From positions 69,120-133,119 of the IMG/VR virus record IMGVR_UViG_3300009702_000785: DNA of 64,000 nt. One strand, given 5' to 3'. This stretch comes from a virus. The position numbers were made by a program, and so were the translations under genes. This document shows, one piece after another, positions 46,156-56,900 of this stretch; the first letter of the stretch is position 1, and the number at the start of each line of letters is the position of its first letter. The notes beneath the pieces were generated by a model. It saw only the letters and a list, made by a program, of their open reading frames with translations. It was not told where the DNA came from and made no database searches.

Positions 46156-48215
46156 TGCTAATAGCACCTCAAATTACCACACCTGTTGAAAACGCACAGT
46201 TTAATCTGGGTTCGGTTTCGATCACCTGGGAGGCCGCTGCCGCTATAGATTTTACTGACTATGGTGGGGCTGAACAGTTTAGACTAGACTACAATGTTGA
46301 TGTGGACGACTCCCGGTGGGTAGAAATCCAAGCAATGCTGGAGGATGCTGCCGAAGATAGCGCTTATGGTGGTAAGGAATACATACAGGAATTATTCACT
46401 GATCCAGCATCAAAGTCGATATCTGTACCAATAGTGACCCCGACAGATTTTAGGGAAGATTTGGGTGATTTCTCAGTAACTCAGATCTCTTCAGTTTATA
46501 ATGACAATTTTGAGTTCACCATAGTAAGCGAAACCGGGAAGAGGTATAAGATATATGCCAATGGGTTGCCCACACATGATATTATAGTTGAGCTTGAAAG
46601 TCAGGCTGAGCCGCTTGATAGTTATTTCCTGACATATGAACTGGAATATACAGATGACTGGAAAGACGAAAACACTGTCTGGTCCACCATAAAACGTCGC
46701 ATCCCTGCCTCTGATACATCACTGACTTGGGCAGTTGGCAAAATGATTAAGAGTGATAAGGTGCGTCTCAGAATGCGCACCAAATACATGACTACCGAGG
46801 AAACTTCACCTTGGTCTGTAAGTCAACTATTCTCGATCAATGTTTTCAGGCTTGTGGCTCCCGCTATTGTAAGCCCGATGTCTGATATTTTGTATTCTGA
46901 TTTCTTGATGATAATCCTAGATGAGAGCCAGACCCAAAATACCTTCCATCAAAAGGTTAGATACACGCTTGAATACTCATCTTTGAAACAAGAGACAGGT
47001 TGGAATATGATTGTTAAGGATATTCCGCCAGGCCAAAATATCATACGATGGAACTTGGATGATGTGCAGTCGTCGGATGATTATACTTTGCGTTTAACTG
47101 TTCAGAACGTGTCAACTTCCTGCAATGATACTGAGAGCAACCCCGACCAGATAGATAGAGCTTTTGTACACAATATAAGAATCCAACAATCAGGGATGTT
47201 CATAGTGGATACTATACCGCCTCAAGCAGTATTGGAGATAGGAGATACTGGTCAGGTTACCAACCAGCTTAATCAGGTTTTAAGCATCTTTGCTGAAGAT
47301 GCTACTACTGATATTCGACAAATCCAATTAAGAGAATGTGATGTGGGAAACTCTTTGCTACTTGGTGAATTGGATGCCAACTCTGTCAAGGATTTGTCAG
47401 GTAGTAAAGAAGATGTCGGACTACCAGGAGAAGGAACTGTATCAGATGAGCAATGTCCAGCGCCAGTAGACCTGATGGATACAAGAAATTTTGAGACGCT
47501 GATTACAGATTCGCCGATTGGTAATCTTTCTAAGATGCAATGGGTATTTGATGAGCTTGATACAGATGGTAATCCAGTAAGTGCGGTCAAAAAAATCGAA
47601 GCCCTGTTAACAGATATGGGTGGAAATACATCGTTACAGGAAAGAACAAAAGTTTTCTTGCCTATTTACAACGATGCAGTTGCAATCAACGATTTTGCCA
47701 TCGTCATAGAGCAGCGAGAGCAGTTCTCTCTTGATGGCAGCACCACCATTAAGAGAGAAACAGCAGTTTATGAAGTAGCATACGTAGGTACATCGGCAGG
47801 CGAATTATGGGTCTTAGAACCTTATGCACGACTGTTATATACAATATCCGATCACCCTAACATAGTCAAATTATTTGAGTTCAGTGATTCACTGTATCTG
47901 TTTGCATACAACTCATCTACAGATAAAGGTGCTGTTTATCGCCATGATGGTAGCGAGCCTACGCTTATGAAGGAATTTGACGCTGGGCTTGGCTTGGCGA
48001 CTGGGATGGCAGAATATGGCGACTCTCTATACATCGGGCTGCAAAATGGCAATCTGTGGAAGTACAATGGATTTGCCTTCAGCTTGAATAAATCTTTCGA
48101 TGAGCCAATACAAACACTTTTCGGTGATAAAAACTACTTATACGTTGGCTTCCAGAATAGCAACAATCTGGTGCTGTATAATGGAACGGATTACATAGAA
48201 TTGAGTGTAGACTAA
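46155..48215 (+). CDS. Virion-associated protein with Ig/FN3-like domains and a C-terminal beta-propeller
   Basis: 686 aa with TAATG overlap, two Ig-like segments (YELEYT...W / YTLEYS...W), DTIPPQ, and propeller-like blades (LYLFA, LYIGL, LYVGF). Confidence 0.65.
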   Translation: MLIAPQITTPVENAQFNLGSVSITWEAAAAIDFTDYGGAEQFRLDYNVDVDDSRWVEIQAMLEDAAEDSAYGGKEYIQELFTDPASKSISVPIVTPTDFREDLGDFSVTQISSVYNDNFEFTIVSETGKRYKIYANGLPTHDIIVELESQAEPLDSYFLTYELEYTDDWKDENTVWSTIKRRIPASDTSLTWAVGKMIKSDKVRLRMRTKYMTTEETSPWSVSQLFSINVFRLVAPAIVSPMSDILYSDFLMIILDESQTQNTFHQKVRYTLEYSSLKQETGWNMIVKDIPPGQNIIRWNLDDVQSSDDYTLRLTVQNVSTSCNDTESNPDQIDRAFVHNIRIQQSGMFIVDTIPPQAVLEIGDTGQVTNQLNQVLSIFAEDATTDIRQIQLRECDVGNSLLLGELDANSVKDLSGSKEDVGLPGEGTVSDEQCPAPVDLMDTRNFETLITDSPIGNLSKMQWVFDELDTDGNPVSAVKKIEALLTDMGGNTSLQERTKVFLPIYNDAVAINDFAIVIEQREQFSLDGSTTIKRETAVYEVAYVGTSAGELWVLEPYARLLYTISDHPNIVKLFEFSDSLYLFAYNSSTDKGAVYRHDGSEPTLMKEFDAGLGLATGMAEYGDSLYIGLQNGNLWKYNGFAFSLNKSFDEPIQTLFGDKNYLYVGFQNSNNLVLYNGTDYIELSVD

Positions 48216-49846
48216 TGTCCGAAATTGTAACTAGAACTATAGCTATACCAGCAACGTATGCGGCAGGTGTCCAGCCTGCTAAGGTCATCACTTTTCCTAT
48301 CGAGCTTTTGGATAGTGCATCATCGGATTACGCTGTATTTGAGGCAGACTTGAGTTCCACAGAGTATATTAGATTTTTCCGATCAACAAGCAATATATAC
48401 GATATAACCAAAGTAAAATTGGAATTTTGGCATAACAAAATAGACGTTGATACCCCTATAACATCTTTTGAGTTTGTTGAACTTACTTCACAGCCCAGCA
48501 TTACAGCAGGTAGTATTGTTTATTCAGAAATAACTGCTAACGATGTATGGAAAACCCAGCAGCTACGTAGCACTGCCAAAACGAAAGAAATAGTCACACT
48601 CGGTAACGGGTCAACATCGGCGGCGTGTATGTGGTTTAACACCAAGATGTCAGCAGGGTCGTGGTTTGGAGTAGGCATTAAAGGAAGCCAAGGTTCCGGT
48701 GGAGGAACAGCAGAACTCGGCAATCTGTCCACTCTTGAAGATGAGGGTGAATATTGGAGAGAAGCAGACGCAGATGAAATTGCCGCGCCCCCAAGGTTTA
48801 TTATCACTTGGCAAGAATCTTTGAATGAGACTGACTTTTCATCCTTTGCAATGAGATATACTACAGCAGACCCAACAACGAGCCAGGGGACTCCCAGTAA
48901 CAGTACTGGTGGGTATGTCGCTCCTAACGAAGTGTACACAGCAGGCAAGATCGATGAATTTCTTGATTCTACTCAGACGTATATCCAACTATCAAGTGAT
49001 ACCACTATAGCAGAAAGTGCTGGCTTGGTTCAAGTCGGACCAGAAATTGCCAGATTCGCCAGCACTAACGAAAGCACTGACCAACTACTGGGGTTAACTA
49101 GGGGTGTGTCACCGGCAGCATTCCCGTCGAGTATAGTTCCAGAGAGAGAGAAAGTTAGGTTTCTAGAGATAGACAAACTCTTTGATACTAGACCCACAGA
49201 AGAGTTGACTCAATATAGGTGTGTGGCTTTTGTTGTGGAAAATACCTCAATGTCTAATGTGACTGTGAATTTGAGGCAGTCTGCTGATGCTAATGTACAA
49301 GTGGATGTAGGAATTGAAATTCCATTATACGATATCAGGGAAGATGAACTTGATGCAGCCGTTGCGTCTTCAAATGTATTTGCGATGTCTGGGGAATCTT
49401 TGATATACCCACGTACTGGGACTGATTTATTAGAAGCAGGCTCAGACCTATATGTAGGAGGGTATGCACTCATTGATTATGATGGCACTTCTGAGTTGGT
49501 TCAAATATTGAGTTACGATGTCAACGACGGGCAGACTCAGGGAACTTTTATATCAGACAGGGCTTTTACGAAACCTTCAGGCACTCTTGTAAGGATTTTG
49601 CCTGCTCCGTGTCAGCGGTTTTCAAATGATGCGACTATTCCTATCTCCAATTCTAACAGATTTCTGGGATTTTTCGGAGATGGCGGGCCGAATAGACCTA
49701 ATAGCGTAGACCGTGATGGTGGCAACCTATATAGGCCATACGACGCATTTTATCTATGGATCAAACGCACTCTAGCAGGTAACAATGCTTCGGAAAACAA
49801 CACGGGCGCAGTGATATATGTTAGATACACGGAGGAATCTTCATAA
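48215..49846 (+). CDS. Phage structural hypothetical protein
   Basis: 543 aa with TAATG overlap and motifs SNSTGGYVA, LFD...YRC and LWIKRTL, which recur in phage virion proteins. Confidence 0.6.
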   Translation: MSEIVTRTIAIPATYAAGVQPAKVITFPIELLDSASSDYAVFEADLSSTEYIRFFRSTSNIYDITKVKLEFWHNKIDVDTPITSFEFVELTSQPSITAGSIVYSEITANDVWKTQQLRSTAKTKEIVTLGNGSTSAACMWFNTKMSAGSWFGVGIKGSQGSGGGTAELGNLSTLEDEGEYWREADADEIAAPPRFIITWQESLNETDFSSFAMRYTTADPTTSQGTPSNSTGGYVAPNEVYTAGKIDEFLDSTQTYIQLSSDTTIAESAGLVQVGPEIARFASTNESTDQLLGLTRGVSPAAFPSSIVPEREKVRFLEIDKLFDTRPTEELTQYRCVAFVVENTSMSNVTVNLRQSADANVQVDVGIEIPLYDIREDELDAAVASSNVFAMSGESLIYPRTGTDLLEAGSDLYVGGYALIDYDGTSELVQILSYDVNDGQTQGTFISDRAFTKPSGTLVRILPAPCQRFSNDATIPISNSNRFLGFFGDGGPNRPNSVDRDGGNLYRPYDAFYLWIKRTLAGNNASENNTGAVIYVRYTEESS

Positions 49847-50914
49847 ATGGCACTGTTAAGTTCATCAAGAGGCTTATGGTTGTTTGATAGGGCTTTGGCT
49901 GATGAAGTCCAGAACAATGATTTCGTTGTGTCGGCAGGCACTGCTGAATATCAGTCTTTCCAAAAGTTTGATCTGCCTTCCAATACCACTGCCACAACGT
50001 ATGGTCTTGTTTTCCGTGATGGTATTACCTTTACCTCATCACAGTCGGGGCTTGTGCAGTTGTCCTCTGGGGGACAGTTCTCATTTGTTATTTCTTTTTG
50101 GTGGTATTCGCCTGGCGCAGTAGGTTATGTGCGAAACGCTAGAACTAGAAACAACACGTCGAGGGTTGCTCCTATTGTCGGCATTGGGACATCTTCCATC
50201 AGTGGTGACAACCTTGACAGAGAGTATGTCAGTGTGGGTGAGATTTTAATTTCTGAAGTTGCTGCTTCTGATACTCAAAACGCCATTCGATATGAGATTT
50301 GTAAGGATAATGTTGGTCCGAGCCATAGATTTGAGTCATCAGCGTACAATCCAGGTCTTAGGCATGTATTTATTAGCCACCACACGGAATCTAGCGTATC
50401 AGTAGTAAGAATGTTCATTGATGGAAAAATGGAGAAGGAGTTTGTTGGGCCGTCTCAGAATATTAATACTCCTACAAGTTCTCCAGTTCGACTGAATTCA
50501 CTTTATCATGGGCCTACCGATCACAAGGTAACTCAAGACGGTGCATATATTTCGGAGTTGGTTATTCGAGGGGATGCTTCATTGGGTAAAGACTCGAATG
50601 AAGCTGCTTTGGTTTTTAAGTTTGGCTGGGAAGCACTGCTTAATACCGATGAATCCGCTTACAAGTATGATTACTTCGGAGTTGGTTATGAACAGCCTTC
50701 CACGATCACAACTAACCAAATCTACTCGGAGGGCGGAAGTATATATGTTGCCCGATCTAACGGTGAGATCATGCGTGGCGAAAGCCCTATTTGGGATAAT
50801 TCGTTCAACTACACGACTGAAGGAAGTATTAAACACATAGCCATACGAGACGCAACCAAGGCAAGTCGATCATCGGCAGGGCTCCAGCTTACTGGGACCA
50901 CAGTAAGGATATAA
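49847..50914 (+). CDS. LamG/concanavalin-A-like domain protein
   Basis: 355 aa with GLWLFD, FVISFWW, RHVFIS, RMFIDGK and YISELVI, a pattern typical of LamG-like jelly rolls. Confidence 0.55.
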   Translation: MALLSSSRGLWLFDRALADEVQNNDFVVSAGTAEYQSFQKFDLPSNTTATTYGLVFRDGITFTSSQSGLVQLSSGGQFSFVISFWWYSPGAVGYVRNARTRNNTSRVAPIVGIGTSSISGDNLDREYVSVGEILISEVAASDTQNAIRYEICKDNVGPSHRFESSAYNPGLRHVFISHHTESSVSVVRMFIDGKMEKEFVGPSQNINTPTSSPVRLNSLYHGPTDHKVTQDGAYISELVIRGDASLGKDSNEAALVFKFGWEALLNTDESAYKYDYFGVGYEQPSTITTNQIYSEGGSIYVARSNGEIMRGESPIWDNSFNYTTEGSIKHIAIRDATKASRSSAGLQLTGTTVRI

Positions 50915-50915
50915 A

Positions 50916-53900
50916 ATGGTTCAAATAGGAAACATTAAGGTAAACGGACTAGATGCTGAGACATCTGTTCCAGTAGTCGCCCCTCAACCATACATTACAT
51001 GGACTTTTGAAGGAGACGCCGGAGCACCAGCCCAAGCTACGTACTCAATTCGCATTGGTTCCGAAACTGATAACTGGGGCAACAGCCTATTCAATGGCAC
51101 GGCTTTATCTATCAATGTGGACGGCAGTGAAAACTCATACAAGTATGAGGGATTCCAGCTATCAAGAGGTACAACGTATTACGGCCAGATCAGTGCAACC
51201 GATATTGATGAGGACGCAATAGTTTGGACCACATTCTCCTTTACTATTAATCGTCTACCTTTTATTACTGGGTATTCCTTGTCTCCAGACAACCCTTCGT
51301 CGGCGGATCATATCGACCTGATTTACACTTTTCAGGATGCGGACGGGCATAATCAAGCTGGCACGTTGATACGATGGTTCAGAAACAACCTGCCTATGAC
51401 AGCCTACGACAATCTATGTACCCTACCGTCTAGTGCCACCAATCCTAGTGACTATTGGAACGCTAAGATAATCCCATCAGACGGTATTGAATTTGGCACA
51501 ATGGTGGAAACTTCAACCGTCACAGTTGGAGCCGTAGATTCAAATATTACATCGGCACAAATACTTCCACCGGATGCCAACGTAGATGATATTCTTAAAG
51601 TTGTCTACACCGTGCAGGATGATGAGTACTTTACTTTCACAGGAAGCGTGCAAGTGGAGTGGTATATCAACGATACCTTATACACTACAGGTGATGAACA
51701 CATACGACCACAGTTAAGTGTAGGTGATTCAGTCTATGCAATAGTCAAATTACTAGACGGAACTTCGGTTATTTCACAGCGCACGAGTGATGCGCTGGTT
51801 ATAGAGGATTCGGTTTGGCACATAGATGACCTGACAATTAGCGGTCTGGTTGATACAGAGAATTTAACCAACCTTGATCCCATTATCGCCTGGACAGCCC
51901 ATAAATCCACAGCAGATGCTAGTGATGTACCTACATACTTCCGTCTTCTCATTACAAAAACTCCGTCTTTGGATGGCCCACTATACGACACTGGAATTAC
52001 TGAGTATGTGAAAGATTCGCATGCCATTTCGGACGGAATTTTGTCGAGAGGGCAAAGATACTACGTGCATATTGGGGCAAGTGATATATCACCTATACCT
52101 GATTCATCGTTTGTAACCAAAGAAATTCGCATGGCTGGCTCTAGTTGGGCCGAAACCGTCGATAACGCCACTGGATGGACCATAGAGTTCAAGGCAGGTC
52201 TGGCTCTAGATAAGGCTGATGGTACTCCCATGAGTCAACAAGATATAGATACACTTGATTACACTCCGAATTTTGGAGTTTATATACATGATGGTTCGAG
52301 ATTCTGCGCCATAACAGTTGGTCTCAGAGAAGTCACATTCCTATCAGACTCGGCGGTGACCTATACTTTTGGGCAACGACTTAGCAGCACCCAGATTACT
52401 TCAGCATCTAGTGGCAAGACATTTAGAATTGCTGCTCAAGGGAATGATATTCGCATCTTTATGAACAATGAACTTATTATTGAGGGTTCCGGCACTTTAA
52501 CTAACCCATCACTGCTGAAGATGATCGAATATGGTGACATAGATGGGAAAAACGAGAATATATGTCTATTCAAGTCATTCAGATACACGACAAGTGGCGC
52601 TTACAGGCTGGATGATAGTCTGACAGATACCGACACCTACTACTTTTCACGTATAGGGAAACTAGAGGGTGGTAGTATTGAGTTTGTGTTTGGAGATTTC
52701 CTATCTTGGACTCCAACAGATGCTACTGAATCCAGTAAGCTAATCAAGTTCGATGAAAACAACGAGGTTACCCGTCTTGCGACTGTAAGTCGAAACTTCT
52801 CACCTATTACTGCTATATACATTGACGAGTCTCGGAATAAGTTTATAGGTACAGCGAATGGTGTAACCCAGATCACTGGTGAAAAACATGATCCCGACTA
52901 TGAGTTTCTAACAGATTCGCTCGAAATAGAAATATCTCCTGAAGATTTTGACAGAATGAGTACTGTTACCTCAGACAAAATAGCTGCCGTAGAACCAAAC
53001 TATAGGCAGGGTTGGTTTACCATTGATACAACATATAGAAGTTTGGGTGCTATTGAAACTCAATCAGGGTTCTTTAGTGGAGACCCATATGATCCTTATA
53101 AGTTTGCATTATCTAGCCATGCAATTCATTACTACTCTCAAAGAACACATGGACACTCTTGGTATGACAATGTTGACAACGAGAAGGGTTGGCAAGTATC
53201 TTTTGGATTTGATCTGGAGTCCTTAGAGGCAGACGATTACGAAGATCAAAACTTGGATAAAACAGGATTCGGAGTGTATATTAATGACGGCACTAGACAA
53301 GAAGTTCTTTACTTCTATGAGGATAGAATACGACTGTTCTATGCTAATGTGTACGTACCTATTTCAACAGCCAATGCTCGTGATTATGTTATTTCAGGAA
53401 AGGGTAATAACCTACTAATTTACCAGAAATTACAGAGCAATAAATCATCTAGTTACAGTTTGATCGTGAATGCTTCAGGTCTATTCACAACATCTGCATC
53501 TATTTCGGGTAATAGTCGCAAGCCTGCTGTCGCAGTCGATAGTAGTGGCATGTATCACGCAGTGTGGCACGATGATGGCAATGGTCGATCCCAGATTCTT
53601 CATAGCTCGTTCGATGGTCAATCGTGGAGTAACCCAGAAACTATTACGGAATCCTTACAATTCAGTATGAAGAACCCAGCAATTACTATTGATAGCCTGG
53701 ACCGCATCTGGATTGCCTATGAGGATACTTCGTGGGGACAGAGTGAAATATCTGTGAGTGTCAAAGATTCTGGTGGGTGGAATCCAAAGACCCGAATAAC
53801 TAACGCCAGGAGCAATAAAGGACGACCTGACATCCAGGTGGATACAGAGGATAATGTTCATTTGGTTTGGGAAGATGACCGAGATGGTCATTACAAAATA

Positions 53901-56900
53901 TTCTGGGCACAATGGAATAACGCCCGCAAAGCTTGGGAATCTTCTGGGCAGGCTGGCGACGATGATGCCATTATGCAGTTTAACTCAACGGATGAGTACC
54001 AAGTTGATGAGGCAGTCGAATTCAAGAATCCTAAACTGGGGCTCATCTATCCGTATATCTATCTGGTATGTGAGGGCCATTACCAAGAGAGCCAGACATC
54101 TGCGATATACAGGGGATTCCGTGATCTGGTAGACAAGTTCTGGAACACCTCTGGATCGATTATCACAGATGATGGCGACTTTAGTGGCATTGGACAACCA
54201 CAACGAGTTAGTGATCCAACACGCAACGCCTGGAACCCTTCTATTGCCACAACACCAACCTCTAAGCAATATGTCATTGCTTGGGAAGATAGAACCGAAC
54301 CAGTAACTCATATTTACGGTGTATCCTATTACTATAATGGGCTGCCCCGTGCAGAGGTACAACCTTTAACTAGCTATGGAACTGATTGTACTAACCCTTC
54401 TGTCGGATTTGTTGCCACACAAGGTGTTGTTGCTTTTGAGCGAGACAATAATATTTATACCTGCTCATATAACCCGCTATCAAACGAGTTTGATTCGTCA
54501 TATAGTGGTGGTACAGATACGATTATAGATACCGGGACTAGATCAGTGTCCAACCCTGCCTTACCAAAATTATCTTCATCTTCAGCGTTCGTTATGCTGT
54601 ACGACTACAGTTTAACTCGAAATGATGGTACATTAGCAAGCAAGGAGTTCCCAGAATATCAGTTGATTGGCGATGCTACTATAGACCATACGGTAATTCA
54701 GACAGATGTTGGTGCTCCTGGCCCGACTGTATACGAATATACATACGTCACGACCACAATAGGGACCGATGCTGTTAGCAAAGTAGATACTAAGGAATTC
54801 GCTTTTGGTGACTTTGCTGAAAACGTTGGCATGGTGGCACACTGGCAGGACATCAAGATGTACTTTGGATACGATGCTCGACCGCAGAGTATTGTTATGT
54901 ACAACGGTGATACCGTCCAAAACTGGCCTGACCCGAGAATTAACGACTTGTTTGTTGATACTTTCGGAAATGTGGTGGCTGCCACTTTTGGTGGACTTGT
55001 ATACTATAACAAAGGGACTGGTCAATTACTACAGATTGAAGGGCATACCAGTGAGTATACTGGTACCTGTAGTTCATCTTCTTGCTTGCTCATGGATGTT
55101 GATGCTGATTCTGGTGAGACACGAGGCATATTGACCACAACAGTCAAATGGGGCGGAAACGGTATTTGGTATGTCGGCACCACTAACGGTGTGATTGTGT
55201 CACAGAACGCAGGCAAAGAATGGTCTACCCTAGACGCAGTAGCCCTTGGTGATTCTACCATAGGTTCAAAGATTGTTAATGACATCGCAGTGGATAAAGA
55301 TGGTAAGGCTTATATTGCCGCACATGAAGAAAGTGCAACATCTGGCTACATCTACATATCGATGCCCAATACGACTACTATTGAAATTGCTATGGATGAA
55401 GTGATTAAAACGATAGAAGTGGACGAAAATTACATTGTATGGGCTGGATCAGACAAAGGATTGTGGCGAGTAGAGAATGCCAGAAACAAAATCAAGTTCG
55501 ACCGAAGCAGCGGAATGAAATCTGCTGACGTAAACGATATCACCATTGTTAACAAGCACCTGAGATACTTATCTACAGCCAATGGTGTTGAAAGAATGAA
55601 CGGACTTACATTTAGCAACTTGAATGTCGATACTCACAACTTGGTCAATAATAACGTTAATACTGTTCTTTGGGATGCCAGCACCAACAGCTTGTGGGTT
55701 GGGGCATTGTATACTTTGCATGAGATTGTATTCAGAGATGAGGCACATGAGATTATCGATAATGAAACCGTCCATTACGATAATTCCGAAATATCAACTA
55801 AGGAACTGTACGATAAAAACATATATTACATTATCGATCCCGATGTGATTGAGGCAGAAAACCTCACCTCTGAATCTGCTGCGGTTTTCATTAACCGCAA
55901 CCCAATAGATTTCGGTTATGTAGTATCTGAGTCATCTATTTTCTTCTTGACGGATTTACTGGTTAGTGACCAAGTAGAGGTCGAGGTTTCAGAGCGTTTT
56001 GTCGAGTTTCATAATTTCAACCAGAAGTCTATCGAAGAGGAAGTCCTTGGCTCGAAAAGGTCTATCATCACTAAAGTCAATAAGACAAGCCAGGATCAGT
56101 TCATATTCTTATCCGGTGGTGATAAAAATTCCGTCTTGTTATATTCGGGTGAAACCAGTTTGCCGTTTACCACAATCACCCTAGATACCCGACCACCTGA
56201 AGGATGCATAGAGCAACTTGAAACACTTAGCAGGACAAAGATACGATTCCGCATTTTTGCTACTGATGATCTGTCAGGAGTGAATGGGTTTATGTTGTCC
56301 AACTATCCTAACTTCACCTCTGATGGTGAAACGCCATTAGATTTCCAGCCTGCACAATCTATATATGAGCATGATATTGGCGAAGGTATCAACAATGTTT
56401 TCGACAGTTTATCCATACCGAGTACGGTGACTATTGGACCAACCACGTATGATGTCGGTACTGGTGCTGCCTTGGCTCCGTGGTTTGACGAACGAAACAG
56501 TGTAACGTACCTGTTTATGGCCACAAGCGCTCCTGCCGTTGTCTTTAGGTACGATCCTACTACGGATGAGTGGACGGGTATACAAGTACTAGAAACTTCA
56601 GATGCTGATCGAATCGTCACTGGCATGAAAACTCTTGACAATATAGTATATCTCACCACTGGGTCACCTGCCACCGGGGCGGAGGGTAATATTTGGAGAT
56701 GTTCTGACGGCATTGCAGAGCAACCTTTCACCAAATTAGGAGGTACTCCCAGCGCTCAATACGCAAGAGGAATTACATCGGGCTCAGATCAGACAGTTTA
56801 CTTCGGGTCGAGCAACGGGACTATTTACCAGTATAATAATAACAACCTGTCAATCCTGTATCACAACATAGGCGATGAGGTAAACGATTTGGACGTGTTT